A stretch of DNA of 64,000 nucleotides from IMG/VR virus record IMGVR_UViG_3300044580_000119, positions 5,513-69,512 of that record; one strand, given 5' to 3'. The notes below the pieces were generated by a model that worked only from the letters and a program-made list of their open reading frames with translations, was not told the origin of the DNA and did no database searches. The position numbers were made by a program, and so were the translations under genes. Of this stretch, positions 1 through 11,306 are shown in pieces; the first letter of the stretch is position 1; each line of letters opens with the position of its first letter. This DNA is from a virus (lineage: Duplodnaviria; Caudoviricetes).

Positions 1-3000
1 TCTCTTGTATTACTTTTATAGGATCGCCATCAGGGACGCTATTATCCCGATAATAATTAATAGGGTAGATAGGTATTTCATCATAATCTTGGATTGAATG
101 CCCTGTTGTGATATATGGTATATTTAAACATATTGAGTTGTCGTGCTGATTATATCCAACTGTAGCCTCACGTATATCATCGCCTAATGCTTTCATTCGC
201 ATTTTTAACTCACCTGAATATTGTGCATCTAATAATTTAGGCATATTATTATCATATACATAAAATCCATCAGCAGAAAGAAAATATACATAATTATTTA
301 CATTCTTAATAGTATGAGGTGCAATGCATCCTAACGTAGGCGATATTTCATCGGTTCTAGATAAAGGTGGCAAATCAGCCTGCACTGCTACCCTATGCAT
401 TGAATTTTCTTTAAATATTAGTAAATTACCTGCAAGCGACTCTATACCTGTAATCTGCGATTGGTCTCCACTCTTGTATTCAATGAAACTATCAAATTTA
501 ATAGTATCTGGCAAATAAGGTTCGCTCCATCGCAAACCACTCTGATATTCCATTGTAATTGGATCAGTAGAACCTAATACCGCTCCATCAGGTAAAAAGT
601 CATCTATAAATAATCCCTCTGTGTCAGGCGTAGTCTCTATCTTCCCTATATATTTAAATTCAGCGTGGGGCGATCGTCGTCTATATACTTCTAAATATTT
701 AATTGAATCATTGTATGGTGATGGCAACCAATATAAACCTACTACATAATTATCACCATTGCCATATTCATCTGGGTCCTCTATAATTTTAGTGCCGTCA
801 GTACCTAAGGTTATTTTCGTAGTATAAAGTGCATCTTGTAATACGCCAGGACGGGAGACAATATCATTAATATCTTTAAATACAAAAGCATATTCTAATT
901 CTGTACCACTTGGAAATCCTTTATCCCCTTTAAATAAATAATAACTTATATCTGATGTTGGGTGCAATGGTTGGTATGTTTCTATAAAATTAGCATAATA
1001 TAAACGTTCATTTAATGATATATTAAATCTCGATTGTAATGGGAAATATAAACCATCATAATCATTAGGCGAACTTGTAAAATCTAATGCTTCGTCCCGA
1101 ACATCATCAAAATAATATATACCGTGAAATGTTCTTTTCTGTCCATTAATTATCACATCCTCCGTTATTGCGTCACCATCAGTTAAAGGATATATTAATT
1201 GATTATCATAATCAACAGTCTGAATTACTTGATTAGCGTGAATATCATATATATTTATTTTAGTGTCATCGTCAATTGTGTGATCGAACCGTTTAATTTC
1301 AATTTCATCAACTAAACCATAATTATTAGGTTCATATTCATTATCTACTGTTGCAAGTGTACGATAGATTAGTAACTTCTTTGCATCTTTCGGAACATTC
1401 TCATAACTTATACGAATGCCTACACGAGGTGCTCCAAATAATAATGAAGATGGGAAATAACTTGTTAATTGTTCTAATGCTAATAATCTAGTGGCTGGAG
1501 TATATGAAAATATATCAAGATTTTTGCCTATATGAGATACATTATGCTTGTCATATAAAAGACTATCTTCATATTCAGCTCTTCCTACTGCCACATTATG
1601 ATTAGTCTCAAATTTATCATCAATCACTGTAAATAATCGAGGAAAAATTTCAGGGAAATAACCCAAATATTCTGATGACCATAATGTAGCGAAATTAATA
1701 TTTTCATTTAATGTAGCAACGGGCATTGTAACATTGCCTTCATAACGCCAAGTAGCCAGCACGTGTTCACATATTAAGTTATCGGCATCATAATTTGCGG
1801 CAGTATCTGTTTCATATAATGCACTATCCCTATTTAATAAATCTAATTCCAATATACCTGGTTTAATTAATCTATCCACAACCTCACTATCTATATCGCT
1901 ACGAATATATCGTAAATCATCGCCTTGATCAATAATTCCTTTAATAAATGTCCCGTGCCAATCATATTGTTCTGGAACATTATTTTCAGCAAAAACTAGC
2001 CGACTACTATATATAATATCATCTGTATTGATAGATAACCGATCTAAACCAAATTGTATTCTACAGGCATTAGATATTTCCTCATTGCTTCTAGCATAAA
2101 ATTCTAAATATACATCGTTGCTCTCGTGGACATCATATCCTGCTTTGTTAAATACACTTAATGGTAAATAATATGGAGGCCAGTCCAAATAGTATCCAGA
2201 CGGGGGTCTTGTAGGTGGAACTGGAGTTTTCATTAAAGTAGGCAATGCTAACACTCTTACAGGCGAATTAGCCAATCGCAAATTCCCTTCTGAATCAAAT
2301 AAGCTCATTACACTTCTTGCATTAGATCTATCTGCGAACGTAGGAACTGTTATATTCCCCGTCGATACAAATACGTGAATTTGATTATCAACAGCATCCT
2401 TAAAAATATCCCTTATAGTAGCATTATCAAAAAGTATTAAATTTGCCTCATAGAAAGTGCCGTTTAATTTAATAGTATGATCAGGCACAAGTGTCGTAAT
2501 TAATGTTGTAAAATCTATATAATTTTTGATATTATCAATTTCATTAAAATTAATAATATTAGAATCACGATCTTCAATATATCCTTGATCATTTAGTTGC
2601 CAATCCTTTATACCAAATCTGTGATTCTGCTTACCGTATATTTTCTCTTTAATTTTAAAGAAATTCTGACCTAATCGGGATAATTTACCTTGATTATCGA
2701 ACAAATATGTTAATGGTATAGTATATCGTCTCGTAGGTTCAAAATACCGAGGCTCATATAAATTATACGGGAATACAGGCGATAATGTTGTTATATCTTG
2801 TGGACCTGTAGATAAAGTAGATAATAAATTATTCCGTCTAAATTCATATTGATCTAACAATTTTGGTCTCTCATAATATGGCGCATAATCTTGCGAACCA
2901 CTTCCTTTTATCAAATCATTATCAGGTATAGCACTCCATAATATATCTGATACTAATTTTTCAGTGCTTGCTACACTATAACGACCATCACCATAATCCC

Positions 3001-4588
3001 ATACGAATTTATAACGCCACGTACCCAATGGTAACTTTTTAGAATATTTGTCTTTCTCTTCTAATTTAGTAATACGAGATTTTTGCGGTATCTTTTTATC
3101 AAATACTCTATCAGTTGCATCCATTAAATAAGTGCCATCTAATACCGAGCCTTTCGTAGGGAAATACTGCAATTCTAAATCATTCCATATATATACATCA
3201 GAAGAGGTTTCTTTTATAGTTTCACCTGTTTCTGGATCTATATATTCATCTTCGTGCAGTTGCACTTCTTTATCTATATCATTAAATTCAACTCCATCCT
3301 CACCATTACTAAATCGATAATACTCATCATTCTGGCGCTCAAATCTACTCCCTTCTACATCCCAATCAAATTCCCCTGTATGCTTGTATACAGCATTTTT
3401 AAATGTTATATATGCAGTGTTCCCAATTGTTTTGCTAATTGCTAACGCTAATTCACCTGGCACTGTATCCCCACCGTAAGTCTCTGGATTAGATACTTCA
3501 TTTCTACACGGATTTACTGTGCCTTTCTGATTACTCTTTTTAAGTTCATAATTATAAAGAGCCATACCGTGTTTGACACCTTCCGTTTCTGAGTTTTCTT
3601 CGCCTATTCCTATTCTATAATCTATATTTATTATATCAGGGTCTAATACAGGTTTGCAATTTGGCAATATTTCTAATTGATGGTCTTGCGTAACCCCTTG
3701 TTCCTGATCCGCTAATAAATCTCTAATTGTAACATCGCCATTAATTTTATCTGATATAATTAATTGATGTCTATATTCACTTATATCTACATATTGATTA
3801 ATCCATAAATCATTTTCATTATCTGATATTCTAAATTTATTAGGTGCATATAACACGTGCTTTTCATTACGCAATTGTCTATTAGGATATAAATCTTTAT
3901 ACCGTATAATATCGCCACTATTATCATTGAAATAATACTCACGATAATATGAACGGCGTGTCATATGATTTAAAGGACCACTGCCTAATTTACCATTAAA
4001 TAAAAATCTTGCAGGCAATACATAATTACGGTCGGCAGTTTCTAACGGCACAAAAGCATATATCATATAATTATCTTTATCAATATATGTCATTTGCCCT
4101 AAGTCATAATCAATGTGCATAATACCATTATATACAGGATAACCATATTCATTAATATCTATGCTTTGAACTGTTTGATTAGATATATAATTAGTTAATA
4201 ACTGATTTAAATGAAGTAGGTCAAGGGAGAATTTATATCGATCCGGCTCTATTGTGCCATCACTGTTTAATCCATCAAAACCTAAACGATAAGCATATAC
4301 CATATATCTATTGCCACCATATACATATTCAGATGCTTCACCAGGTAGCAAAAATTCTGAAATACCTAATATACCTAAATTATTATCAATTGTATTTATA
4401 TCAGAGAACGTAACCGCAATGCGTGGATTATATGCACCAAATTCATATCCATTGCGAGATTCAATTTTGTTAGATATTTTATGTTTATAATTTAAAATAT
4501 CAGCTGCAAATTCTTTTTCAGGATTATGAATCAGCTGTATATTAGAATTTAATCCACCAAAATTCTGCATTATTATCTTTTGATACAT
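1..4588 (-). CDS. Large tail nozzle/stabilization protein (P22 gp10 / T7 gp12-like), 3' end truncated by the window edge
   Basis: Not in the ORF track because it runs off the edge. ATG at 4588 follows an AAGGAGGAG RBS and reads MYQKIIMQNFGGLNS; the same frame is open at the window edge. Distal part has beta-propeller-like WSEP..P, GNLLIFKE, LGCIAPHTI, VYFLSADGFY segments. Follows the adaptor genes. Confidence 0.75.
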   Translation of the reverse strand, partial: MYQKIIMQNFGGLNSNIQLIHNPEKEFAADILNYKHKISNKIESRNGYEFGAYNPRIAVTFSDINTIDNNLGILGISEFLLPGEASEYVYGGNRYMVYAYRLGFDGLNSDGTIEPDRYKFSLDLLHLNQLLTNYISNQTVQSIDINEYGYPVYNGIMHIDYDLGQMTYIDKDNYMIYAFVPLETADRNYVLPARFLFNGKLGSGPLNHMTRRSYYREYYFNDNSGDIIRYKDLYPNRQLRNEKHVLYAPNKFRISDNENDLWINQYVDISEYRHQLIISDKINGDVTIRDLLADQEQGVTQDHQLEILPNCKPVLDPDIINIDYRIGIGEENSETEGVKHGMALYNYELKKSNQKGTVNPCRNEVSNPETYGGDTVPGELALAISKTIGNTAYITFKNAVYKHTGEFDWDVEGSRFERQNDEYYRFSNGEDGVEFNDIDKEVQLHEDEYIDPETGETIKETSSDVYIWNDLELQYFPTKGSVLDGTYLMDATDRVFDKKIPQKSRITKLEEKDKYSKKLPLGTWRYKFVWDYGDGRYSVASTEKLVSDILWSAIPDNDLIKGSGSQDYAPYYERPKLLDQYEFRRNNLLSTLSTGPQDITTLSPVFPYNLYEPRYFEPTRRYTIPLTYLFDNQGKLSRLGQNFFKIKEKIYGKQNHRFGIKDWQLNDQGYIEDRDSNIINFNEIDNIKNYIDFTTLITTLVPDHTIKLNGTFYEANLILFDNATIRDIFKDAVDNQIHVFVSTGNITVPTFADRSNARSVMSLFDSEGNLRLANSPVRVLALPTLMKTPVPPTRPPSGYYLDWPPYYLPLSVFNKAGYDVHESNDVYLEFYARSNEEISNACRIQFGLDRLSINTDDIIYSSRLVFAENNVPEQYDWHGTFIKGIIDQGDDLRYIRSDIDSEVVDRLIKPGILELDLLNRDSALYETDTAANYDADNLICEHVLATWRYEGNVTMPVATLNENINFATLWSSEYLGYFPEIFPRLFTVIDDKFETNHNVAVGRAEYEDSLLYDKHNVSHIGKNLDIFSYTPATRLLALEQLTSYFPSSLLFGAPRVGIRISYENVPKDAKKLLIYRTLATVDNEYEPNNYGLVDEIEIKRFDHTIDDDTKINIYDIHANQVIQTVDYDNQLIYPLTDGDAITEDVIINGQKRTFHGIYYFDDVRDEALDFTSSPNDYDGLYFPLQSRFNISLNERLYYANFIETYQPLHPTSDISYYLFKGDKGFPSGTELEYAFVFKDINDIVSRPGVLQDALYTTKITLGTDGTKIIEDPDEYGNGDNYVVGLYWLPSPYNDSIKYLEVYRRRSPHAEFKYIGKIETTPDTEGLFIDDFLPDGAVLGSTDPITMEYQSGLRWSEPYLPDTIKFDSFIEYKSGDQSQITGIESLAGNLLIFKENSMHRVAVQADLPPLSRTDEISPTLGCIAPHTIKNVNNYVYFLSADGFYVYDNNMPKLLDAQYSGELKMRMKALGDDIREATVGYNQHDNSICLNIPYITTGHSIQDYDEIPIYPINYYRDNSVPDGDPIKVIQE

Positions 4589-4598
4589 TCTCTCCTCC

Positions 4599-5417
4599 TT
4601 ATGAAAATGGTGCAAATTTATAATCTACAATGCCCTGCTGGAATAAAGTAGGTTTATTAATTTTAGCTCTCTCTATCTCTTGCTGAAAACTTTGTTCAAA
4701 TACTCTATAATTAGCACTGCCTTTACTCTTGATAAACCAACTTAAAGCATAATCTATAAATGCATTCTCATACGGTGATAATACAGGATTTAATCGCTTG
4801 GTGCTAAATTGATACATAAATCGAGTAATGTTCTGCCCTGTAATAGGATGCACGATTACCTGGTCTAATGGATACCAACTGTTATATGTAATAGGCGTAG
4901 TAGTAGTATCGTCGGCACGCACCCACTGTTCAGTCTGACTTAATGGAGATAAATCAGGTATATACCACAAATATAAAGGACCACTATATTGTGGATATAT
5001 CAATATTTCCTGTCGCCATATAGTTGCAATATATACACTTTTATCAGGATAATGATACATATACACATTAGGAGTGCGTCCAACTCCTGTATGCAACGTA
5101 TCCCTTATCCGCACAAATTGTTCAAAATCTACAATCAATATAGGAACAGTTGCAGTAGGATTATTAGCCTCATCTTGTGGTATCAATCCATTGCGTAATT
5201 CAATTATACGTAATACATCGGTAGGCAACATATATATATTGTCTGCGTTTAAATCAATCCGTTGCACTTGTTCCACATATTCCGTCTCACGTTGAAATAT
5301 CTGTATGCCTTTTGTTAGCCATCTCATAAAGGCTAATTCAGTTACATCTAAAGTCTCGGTATATAACTTTGCCATATCTCTAAAATCCGAAAACATTTCA
5401 GCCATTGTGCTAGACAT
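4599..5417 (-). CDS. Head-tail adaptor/ring protein paralog 5
   Basis: N-terminal helices (FMRWLTKGIQIFQRE), Y.LP.D.LRI motif, C-terminal YENAFIDYA helix typical of adaptor proteins. Confidence 0.65.
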   Translation of the reverse strand: MSSTMAEMFSDFRDMAKLYTETLDVTELAFMRWLTKGIQIFQRETEYVEQVQRIDLNADNIYMLPTDVLRIIELRNGLIPQDEANNPTATVPILIVDFEQFVRIRDTLHTGVGRTPNVYMYHYPDKSVYIATIWRQEILIYPQYSGPLYLWYIPDLSPLSQTEQWVRADDTTTTPITYNSWYPLDQVIVHPITGQNITRFMYQFSTKRLNPVLSPYENAFIDYALSWFIKSKGSANYRVFEQSFQQEIERAKINKPTLFQQGIVDYKFAPFS

Positions 5418-6184
5418 TATAAGCCCTCTTCCTTTTTCATAGTTGATAATTCTTCTACTTGCGTCTGAACATCTAATTGATATGCTGTCATTAGAGTTTC
5501 AAATGTAGACATTAATTCTTGATTAATTAAATTTAAATTTACCGATGGATAATAATCTATTAATAAATTTTTCATAGCTTCTAATATTACTAATTCTTGC
5601 AACTCGGGCGATAAATATAATTCCATATCGGTAGGTTCAGTCAATTCTAATAATGCTTGAACATACCATACTTGCAGTGTAGCATTCAAATTAGTTAAAC
5701 TTGTCATAGTAGCTTGGTCGAATGTTGCACCTATATATAATAAAATCGTCCGTGCAAATACATCATATTCGTATGCAAATATCGGACTGTCAATAGTCGG
5801 CACATTCCAATCGTGAATAGAAATAGTATAGACTTCCCTTTTACTCGATTGACGACACTGCTTTTTATACAATACCGATGCGCCTTGCCACATCATATAC
5901 ACGTTATCAATAGATAGTAAATCTGCTGGCATACCATATATAAATACTTGATACGCTCGTGTCCCATATTGAATATTTTGTATAGTCGGATCTTGCACAC
6001 CATTATTGAATGGTATATTAATTACATTGCCAAATCTATCAGACATAAAAGGCAAAACATAATTCTGGACTTTGCGCCTCGCCGTATTAATATAATTAGA
6101 TATAGATACATCACTAACAACTGCACCTGCGAAATATCGCTTTAATCGGATTTTTAAGAAATCTATATATTCAGCTAATATCAT
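5417..6184 (-). CDS. Head-tail adaptor/ring protein paralog 4
   Basis: ISNYINTARRKV, MPADLLSI, LSPELQELVILEA. Confidence 0.65.
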   Translation of the reverse strand: MILAEYIDFLKIRLKRYFAGAVVSDVSISNYINTARRKVQNYVLPFMSDRFGNVINIPFNNGVQDPTIQNIQYGTRAYQVFIYGMPADLLSIDNVYMMWQGASVLYKKQCRQSSKREVYTISIHDWNVPTIDSPIFAYEYDVFARTILLYIGATFDQATMTSLTNLNATLQVWYVQALLELTEPTDMELYLSPELQELVILEAMKNLLIDYYPSVNLNLINQELMSTFETLMTAYQLDVQTQVEELSTMKKEEGL

Positions 6185-6933
6185 AGTTTAGGTGCTACCT
6201 CCCCTGGCGTCGCTTGTAATGGAACAAATGGGACGCGAGGCTCTACAAAACTTTCTAATTGTCGCGCTTCCGTTAATTCTTTTTCTTTCTTTCTTTGGTA
6301 TAATTCACCTTTTATCTTCTGTATATTCTGTAATAAATAACTCAATTCACCTCTCTCATCTGCGTGCATTAATAATTTTAATAATGCAATAGAATAAAAT
6401 AAATCTATATATTCATAAGATATAGGCAATACAACATTACTCTGAGTCTCCTGCAAAACATCAGGATATATATACGCCTCCATTATACCCTGTGCAGTAG
6501 TATTGCTAATTATATCAATATTAGACATAGTCTGTGTAGTAGCATAAAATACTAAACCATATATTGTATATACAGGATTATCCTCTATTGCTACATTCCA
6601 ACTGTGAGCTGTCTCCCAATTAACAAGTGCATTGTATTCACGACTATTTACATACCGTGCCTCTCGCAATGGATCAACTGCACTCTTTTGAATTAATACT
6701 CTATGTGGCTTAATAAAGTTTGGACCTAAAAATTGACCATTAACTACATTAAATCTAGCTATATAATTATGACCATATACAGGCAATAATATAGAAATAG
6801 TATCCATTAAGGCAGTATTGACAATCTGCACTAAACTAAAATAATCTATATTAAAACCATTGCGATAACTATTTACCCTATTAAGTATTTCGTCAATTGC
6901 ATCACGTAATCGCACACCACCATAATTAATCAT
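6181..6933 (-). CDS. Head-tail adaptor/ring protein paralog 3
   Basis: LVQIVNTALMD, LPISYEYIDLF; start taken at MINYGG (ORF track extends to 6948). Confidence 0.6.
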   Translation of the reverse strand: MINYGGVRLRDAIDEILNRVNSYRNGFNIDYFSLVQIVNTALMDTISILLPVYGHNYIARFNVVNGQFLGPNFIKPHRVLIQKSAVDPLREARYVNSREYNALVNWETAHSWNVAIEDNPVYTIYGLVFYATTQTMSNIDIISNTTAQGIMEAYIYPDVLQETQSNVVLPISYEYIDLFYSIALLKLLMHADERGELSYLLQNIQKIKGELYQRKKEKELTEARQLESFVEPRVPFVPLQATPGEVAPKL

Positions 6934-7615
6934 TACTGCCCCCTGCATTCTGTAATGGTATGCGTTGTCCTGATTCTATAGGCACATATAATCCACGCTG
7001 TTGTTCTGTAACATCCATAGTATTAATACGTTCAGCTGCAAAACAAGCTACCTCGAAATGATATTCAAGTGGCACTTCTAATCCTATATTATTCGCTACG
7101 GAAAATACAACAGGATACCGAATATATAAAATAGAAGCTAATAAATTCTGCATACCTGTATTATTCTTAATTTGGATAATAGTGCGCAATATATTATTCG
7201 CATCAGTTCTATTGACATAACTCCAGTAACCATACTTCGGATAATTAGCTCCTGGTAATAAATATGGTTGGTTGGTAAATATCATATTGTAATTTTCAAA
7301 TTTTGCAGGTTCTAAATATGATAAAGTTACAAATTTATTATTACCATTATTATCTACCGTCTTGACAATTAAATTACGGGGGAAAAACATTAATGTATTT
7401 AATTGAAATTCAGCTGTCGTATTATCAATAATACGGTCTTCCTCAAATACATATAAAGGTCTTAAACAACGTTCATCACCTTTGGCGTGCGCTTTAGCAA
7501 TTAACACCCGCTGAGCATTATCAATCTGTTGCTCCATAAAATCAAGTGGAGCATACCATTCGTGCCCTGAGTCTAATAACGTCCTAACAGTAGATACGAT
7601 TTCTAATGGTGTCAT
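6926..7615 (-). CDS. Head-tail adaptor/ring protein paralog 2
   Basis: EIVSTVRTLLD, IDNAQ, LYIRYP, LEVPLEYHFEV. Confidence 0.65.
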   Translation of the reverse strand: MTPLEIVSTVRTLLDSGHEWYAPLDFMEQQIDNAQRVLIAKAHAKGDERCLRPLYVFEEDRIIDNTTAEFQLNTLMFFPRNLIVKTVDNNGNNKFVTLSYLEPAKFENYNMIFTNQPYLLPGANYPKYGYWSYVNRTDANNILRTIIQIKNNTGMQNLLASILYIRYPVVFSVANNIGLEVPLEYHFEVACFAAERINTMDVTEQQRGLYVPIESGQRIPLQNAGGSND

Positions 7616-7617
7616 TG

Positions 7618-8334
7618 CTATTGTGGTTTATATGGTTCTAAAAAACTGTCTATCTTTGAATATAAATATATTAATTGCGTAGGTATAGTTGATTCAAAAG
7701 TTTTGCCTTCGGATAATAATTTTACATCACGCTGTGATAGACTATCCTTTAAACTTAATATAGAAGCTGCTATATACAATATAACATTTTCATATATTGC
7801 ATCCGAAAATGATTTAATTAAATAATCAATTGGTGTAGGAGGCGGGGGAAAAGTCCCATATATTCGAGCAGGATAAGTATAATATATTATACGACCTGAT
7901 AATTGCTGATTGTAATTACTAGGCATACCATCCCACCCTCTACTAAAATAAATAGCATTATTAATTATATGCGTACCATAATGCTCGGTATATAAATATT
8001 GTAATGCTTCACCACCGAGATAAACACGTGATAAATATGAATGTTCAGAATCTTGGAATACAGCAGATATAATATGCAAATAAGGGTCAGTTAATATATT
8101 CAAATTAGCTGGGACATTCAATTGAGCATTCCATCCAATTCTATCACTGACCCTTATTAATTCCTCTAAATATACATATAAATTACGCTCTAAACAATAA
8201 TTCACAAAAAGCATTTGTGCATTATTAAGAGCTAAAATAATTTCATCATCATCATAAAATTGACCTTGGCTTCGTGCGCTCGCAACATCACGTAAAGCAC
8301 GTCTAATTTGCAATACCAAATCCGACCCATCCAT
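7618..8334 (-). CDS. Head-tail adaptor/ring protein paralog 1
   Basis: IRRALRD, FYDDDEIILALNNAQ, IYYTYP, FSDAIYENVILYIAA. Confidence 0.65.
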   Translation of the reverse strand: MDGSDLVLQIRRALRDVASARSQGQFYDDDEIILALNNAQMLFVNYCLERNLYVYLEELIRVSDRIGWNAQLNVPANLNILTDPYLHIISAVFQDSEHSYLSRVYLGGEALQYLYTEHYGTHIINNAIYFSRGWDGMPSNYNQQLSGRIIYYTYPARIYGTFPPPPTPIDYLIKSFSDAIYENVILYIAASILSLKDSLSQRDVKLLSEGKTFESTIPTQLIYLYSKIDSFLEPYKPQ

Positions 8335-8366
8335 TGCGCCCCCATTATTCGTGTACTCTTATTTCG

Positions 8367-8918
8367 TTACATTGGTGGAGGCATCCCACCTCCGCTATTC
8401 CCCCCATTAGTTCCGCTTGATGGTGAAAATCCAGACATACCAGATTGCATAGGCGTACTAGGTAATTGGCTTCCACCAGAGGAACCCATTTCAGGAGGCA
8501 TTTGGTTCATTTCGGCACCTGGAGTTGGAGGCATCGCCATTCCAGTTGGTGCTGATTGTGGGGACATACTAGGCGACATCATATTGCCACCCATAGCAGA
8601 AGGCGATGTGGGTTGTTGCATAGTGCTCCCTAATATGCCTAACTTCGCATCTATTAATGCTTGTTGTATTTGTAATTTAGCTGCTAAATCAACAAGTTGT
8701 TGAAAACGCTGATTATTCTCATTCACCGCTAATAACTTACTCAATTCCGTCTGCATTTGCTTTGTTACAAGTTCCTGCTCTTTTAGTTTTAATTCAGTAG
8801 CTCTATTCAATAAGCCTGCTTTTTCATTTGCTAATTTATTTAAATCTATGGTAACAGCTGTCTTGCGTTCGTGCTCACGTGTAGGTTGTCCCATTGATAA
8901 TAATATTTTTGTTGCCAT
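8367..8918 (-). CDS. Hypothetical protein, coiled coil plus M/P/G-rich tail
   Basis: 183 aa ORF with RBS, tiled in the head operon. Confidence 0.6.
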   Translation of the reverse strand: MATKILLSMGQPTREHERKTAVTIDLNKLANEKAGLLNRATELKLKEQELVTKQMQTELSKLLAVNENNQRFQQLVDLAAKLQIQQALIDAKLGILGSTMQQPTSPSAMGGNMMSPSMSPQSAPTGMAMPPTPGAEMNQMPPEMGSSGGSQLPSTPMQSGMSGFSPSSGTNGGNSGGGMPPPM

Positions 8919-8929
8919 TTTTTTTCCTT

Positions 8930-9322
8930 TTATTCAAACTCTGCACTATCACGGGTTATATACCGCCTCTCTTCCTCCATTTGTTTTTTTGCCCAATCAG
9001 GAAAACTCTCTTTAAATATTACAGTTCCATATAAATCGCTCGACTCAATAATTCTCTTTAATTCTACATCATCAGTTACAAAATTATGATGTGTAAAACG
9101 TAAATAAGTGTTCTCATTTAAGAAGATTGCGGGTGCCTTCTTCGTAGATACATACGTAGTTAAAGCACCCGACTTCTCATCTTCTACTTTGCGACCTATA
9201 TATCTGTCAATATTATAATCAGCCTGCTTATTAGGTTCAACAATATTCACAGTAATACTTTTCGTATCAGGACTTACAACTGCTTCACCACTTAATACTT
9301 CTTGTTTTTTACTTACTTCCAT
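8930..9322 (-). CDS. Hypothetical protein
   Basis: AAGGAG RBS; position in the head operon. Confidence 0.6.
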   Translation of the reverse strand: MEVSKKQEVLSGEAVVSPDTKSITVNIVEPNKQADYNIDRYIGRKVEDEKSGALTTYVSTKKAPAIFLNENTYLRFTHHNFVTDDVELKRIIESSDLYGTVIFKESFPDWAKKQMEEERRYITRDSAEFE

Positions 9323-9343
9323 ATATTACTCCTTTAATTTTAA

Positions 9344-9928
9344 TTATCTAGTCCATCCATAATAATTTGCATCAGTAGTAGTCAATGAACTACGTGGTTC
9401 ATATCCAATAGCATCACGCACTGGATAGTCATAAGGTTCGTCGCCGTGCTGTAAATGTTTGAGCCAGAATTGCCCTCGTCTATCAATTACATCCTCATTA
9501 TCGCCCGCATAAGTTTTTGCTATCTCTGCACCACCCGATACATCTGTTATGTTATTTGTATCAATCCCTTTGAAAACATCACCTGCCCTATATTGTTTGT
9601 TGTTATAAGATACTATGCCTGCAATTACCTCATACCAAGTACCATTAATAGCGGCAAGCGTACCACTCGACAAATCTAATATTGGCGATTCTACAAACAA
9701 ACGTTCCTCGCCATATAATGTGCCTTGTCCTGCCATTTCGAGCCTATTGGTAGTCGCCCCACTTAAATCAGTCGGATAAACTAATTGCAATGATAAGGAA
9801 TCTGGCGTCATTAATGATGCGTCGATTATATTCCCTGATCCTAAATCAAGATAGTTATATTTAAATTGATATGCTATTGTCCCATCATTACGGAACAAAT
9901 CAATATCATTTCTGCTAATATATCGCAT
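9344..9928 (-). CDS. Putative capsid-associated/auxiliary structural protein
   Basis: Directly downstream of the MCP, AAGGAG RBS, beta-rich; function inferred from position only. Confidence 0.45.
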   Translation of the reverse strand: MRYISRNDIDLFRNDGTIAYQFKYNYLDLGSGNIIDASLMTPDSLSLQLVYPTDLSGATTNRLEMAGQGTLYGEERLFVESPILDLSSGTLAAINGTWYEVIAGIVSYNNKQYRAGDVFKGIDTNNITDVSGGAEIAKTYAGDNEDVIDRRGQFWLKHLQHGDEPYDYPVRDAIGYEPRSSLTTTDANYYGWTR

Positions 9929-9947
9929 TTTTATTCTCCTTTTATTT

Positions 9948-11267
9948 TTATGTTGTTCTTAAAAGTGCGTGGACTTGTTCGCGATGCCAAGCAATTGTGC
10001 CTTGCCATTCAATCATTAAATGGTAATCACGCTCACCTGGATCTTGCCAAGCTTTTGTTTCAAAATTCTTATTTACCATAATTTCGATTTCCTTAGGATC
10101 AATAACAAAACCCCAATCCTCGAAGCCAGTATTCATACGTAACATATCACTACGGATAATCTTTAATTCAAAACCTCCTGGAACAACATATGTATCTAAA
10201 TTCAACCCTATTTTTCCTGCTGGCACCTGGTCGGTCATTCTACGATAATCTTTAAATGCTCTATTGAATCTTTGCAATAATCTTGCACCTGCAATCATTA
10301 TCTTTTTATTCCCATTTGGTGCAGTTGCAAATGCCATATCAGTAGTAAAGTTCATAAAGAACTCTTCAAAATCTGTTATCGTAGAAGGATTATACGTAGC
10401 AACATTTGTTCTAATTGCATCAAATAAACCACCCATATAACGTGTGGCTCTATTCTGCGAAAACTCTACTTTGCGATGACCCCACATAAAATTATACTCA
10501 ATAGTCTTTTTGAAATTACGTGCTAATTGCTCTACCTGAAATTCCCAAGTTGCAGCTTCACGGGTATCTACCATATTACGCATATCCTCTGACATCGTAA
10601 ATGTTGTCTCTTTATGCTCAACAAAATTACAATTATAAATTGGATGAGCCTGATGAGAAAAACGCCCAATATCTTGCGACTCTTTAATAGTGCGACCTAA
10701 ATAAATTACATCTGATTTACTAAATGTCCTGAATGGTTCATCTTCAATAACACGTACTACCACATAACCAGGCGTACAAGTGCTAACCATCACTGTATTA
10801 GAACCAGTGCCAGTAGCTAATGTTTGCGGTAATGTTAAGGCAGTGCTAGGATCATCCCCCATCCACTTGCTCGATGTCGGCGTCATTACAACTTCAAGAT
10901 TCTGCCCTGTCTTTTGCACAAAGAGAATATCTTGAGGATCATAATACATATCAGAATTGGTCCAAGGTCTTGATGGTTGATCTAATTTCAACCTAGCAAA
11001 ACGACCATATCCTCCTGTGCTAACCAAAGTCGCACCTGCCTGAGCTTGCGAACAAAAATCGAAATGGTCAAACTCGTCAAACTCCATTTGAATCACTTTA
11101 TGACTACGTGGCTTAGGACCCCGCATTGCATACTGCGATAACGTTACTAATGGGGTCGCATCTGGAGATACAGTACGTATTTTTTCGTCTAAATGCTCTT
11201 TTAATTGATACGGATCTGCATTAGTTGTTGTCGCAGGTCCTCTAGTAATTACGCTATTAAAAGCCAT
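9948..11267 (-). CDS. Major capsid protein (HK97 fold, SU10/DUF5309-like)
   Basis: 439 aa after scaffold; N-terminal I..VSPDATPL, YNCNFVE, IEYNFMWG, RYMGGL motifs. Confidence 0.85.
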   Translation of the reverse strand: MAFNSVITRGPATTTNADPYQLKEHLDEKIRTVSPDATPLVTLSQYAMRGPKPRSHKVIQMEFDEFDHFDFCSQAQAGATLVSTGGYGRFARLKLDQPSRPWTNSDMYYDPQDILFVQKTGQNLEVVMTPTSSKWMGDDPSTALTLPQTLATGTGSNTVMVSTCTPGYVVVRVIEDEPFRTFSKSDVIYLGRTIKESQDIGRFSHQAHPIYNCNFVEHKETTFTMSEDMRNMVDTREAATWEFQVEQLARNFKKTIEYNFMWGHRKVEFSQNRATRYMGGLFDAIRTNVATYNPSTITDFEEFFMNFTTDMAFATAPNGNKKIMIAGARLLQRFNRAFKDYRRMTDQVPAGKIGLNLDTYVVPGGFELKIIRSDMLRMNTGFEDWGFVIDPKEIEIMVNKNFETKAWQDPGERDYHLMIEWQGTIAWHREQVHALLRTT

Positions 11268-11306
11268 AATAATCTCCTATCCTTTGTTTTTACTTATATT
11301 AATTTT

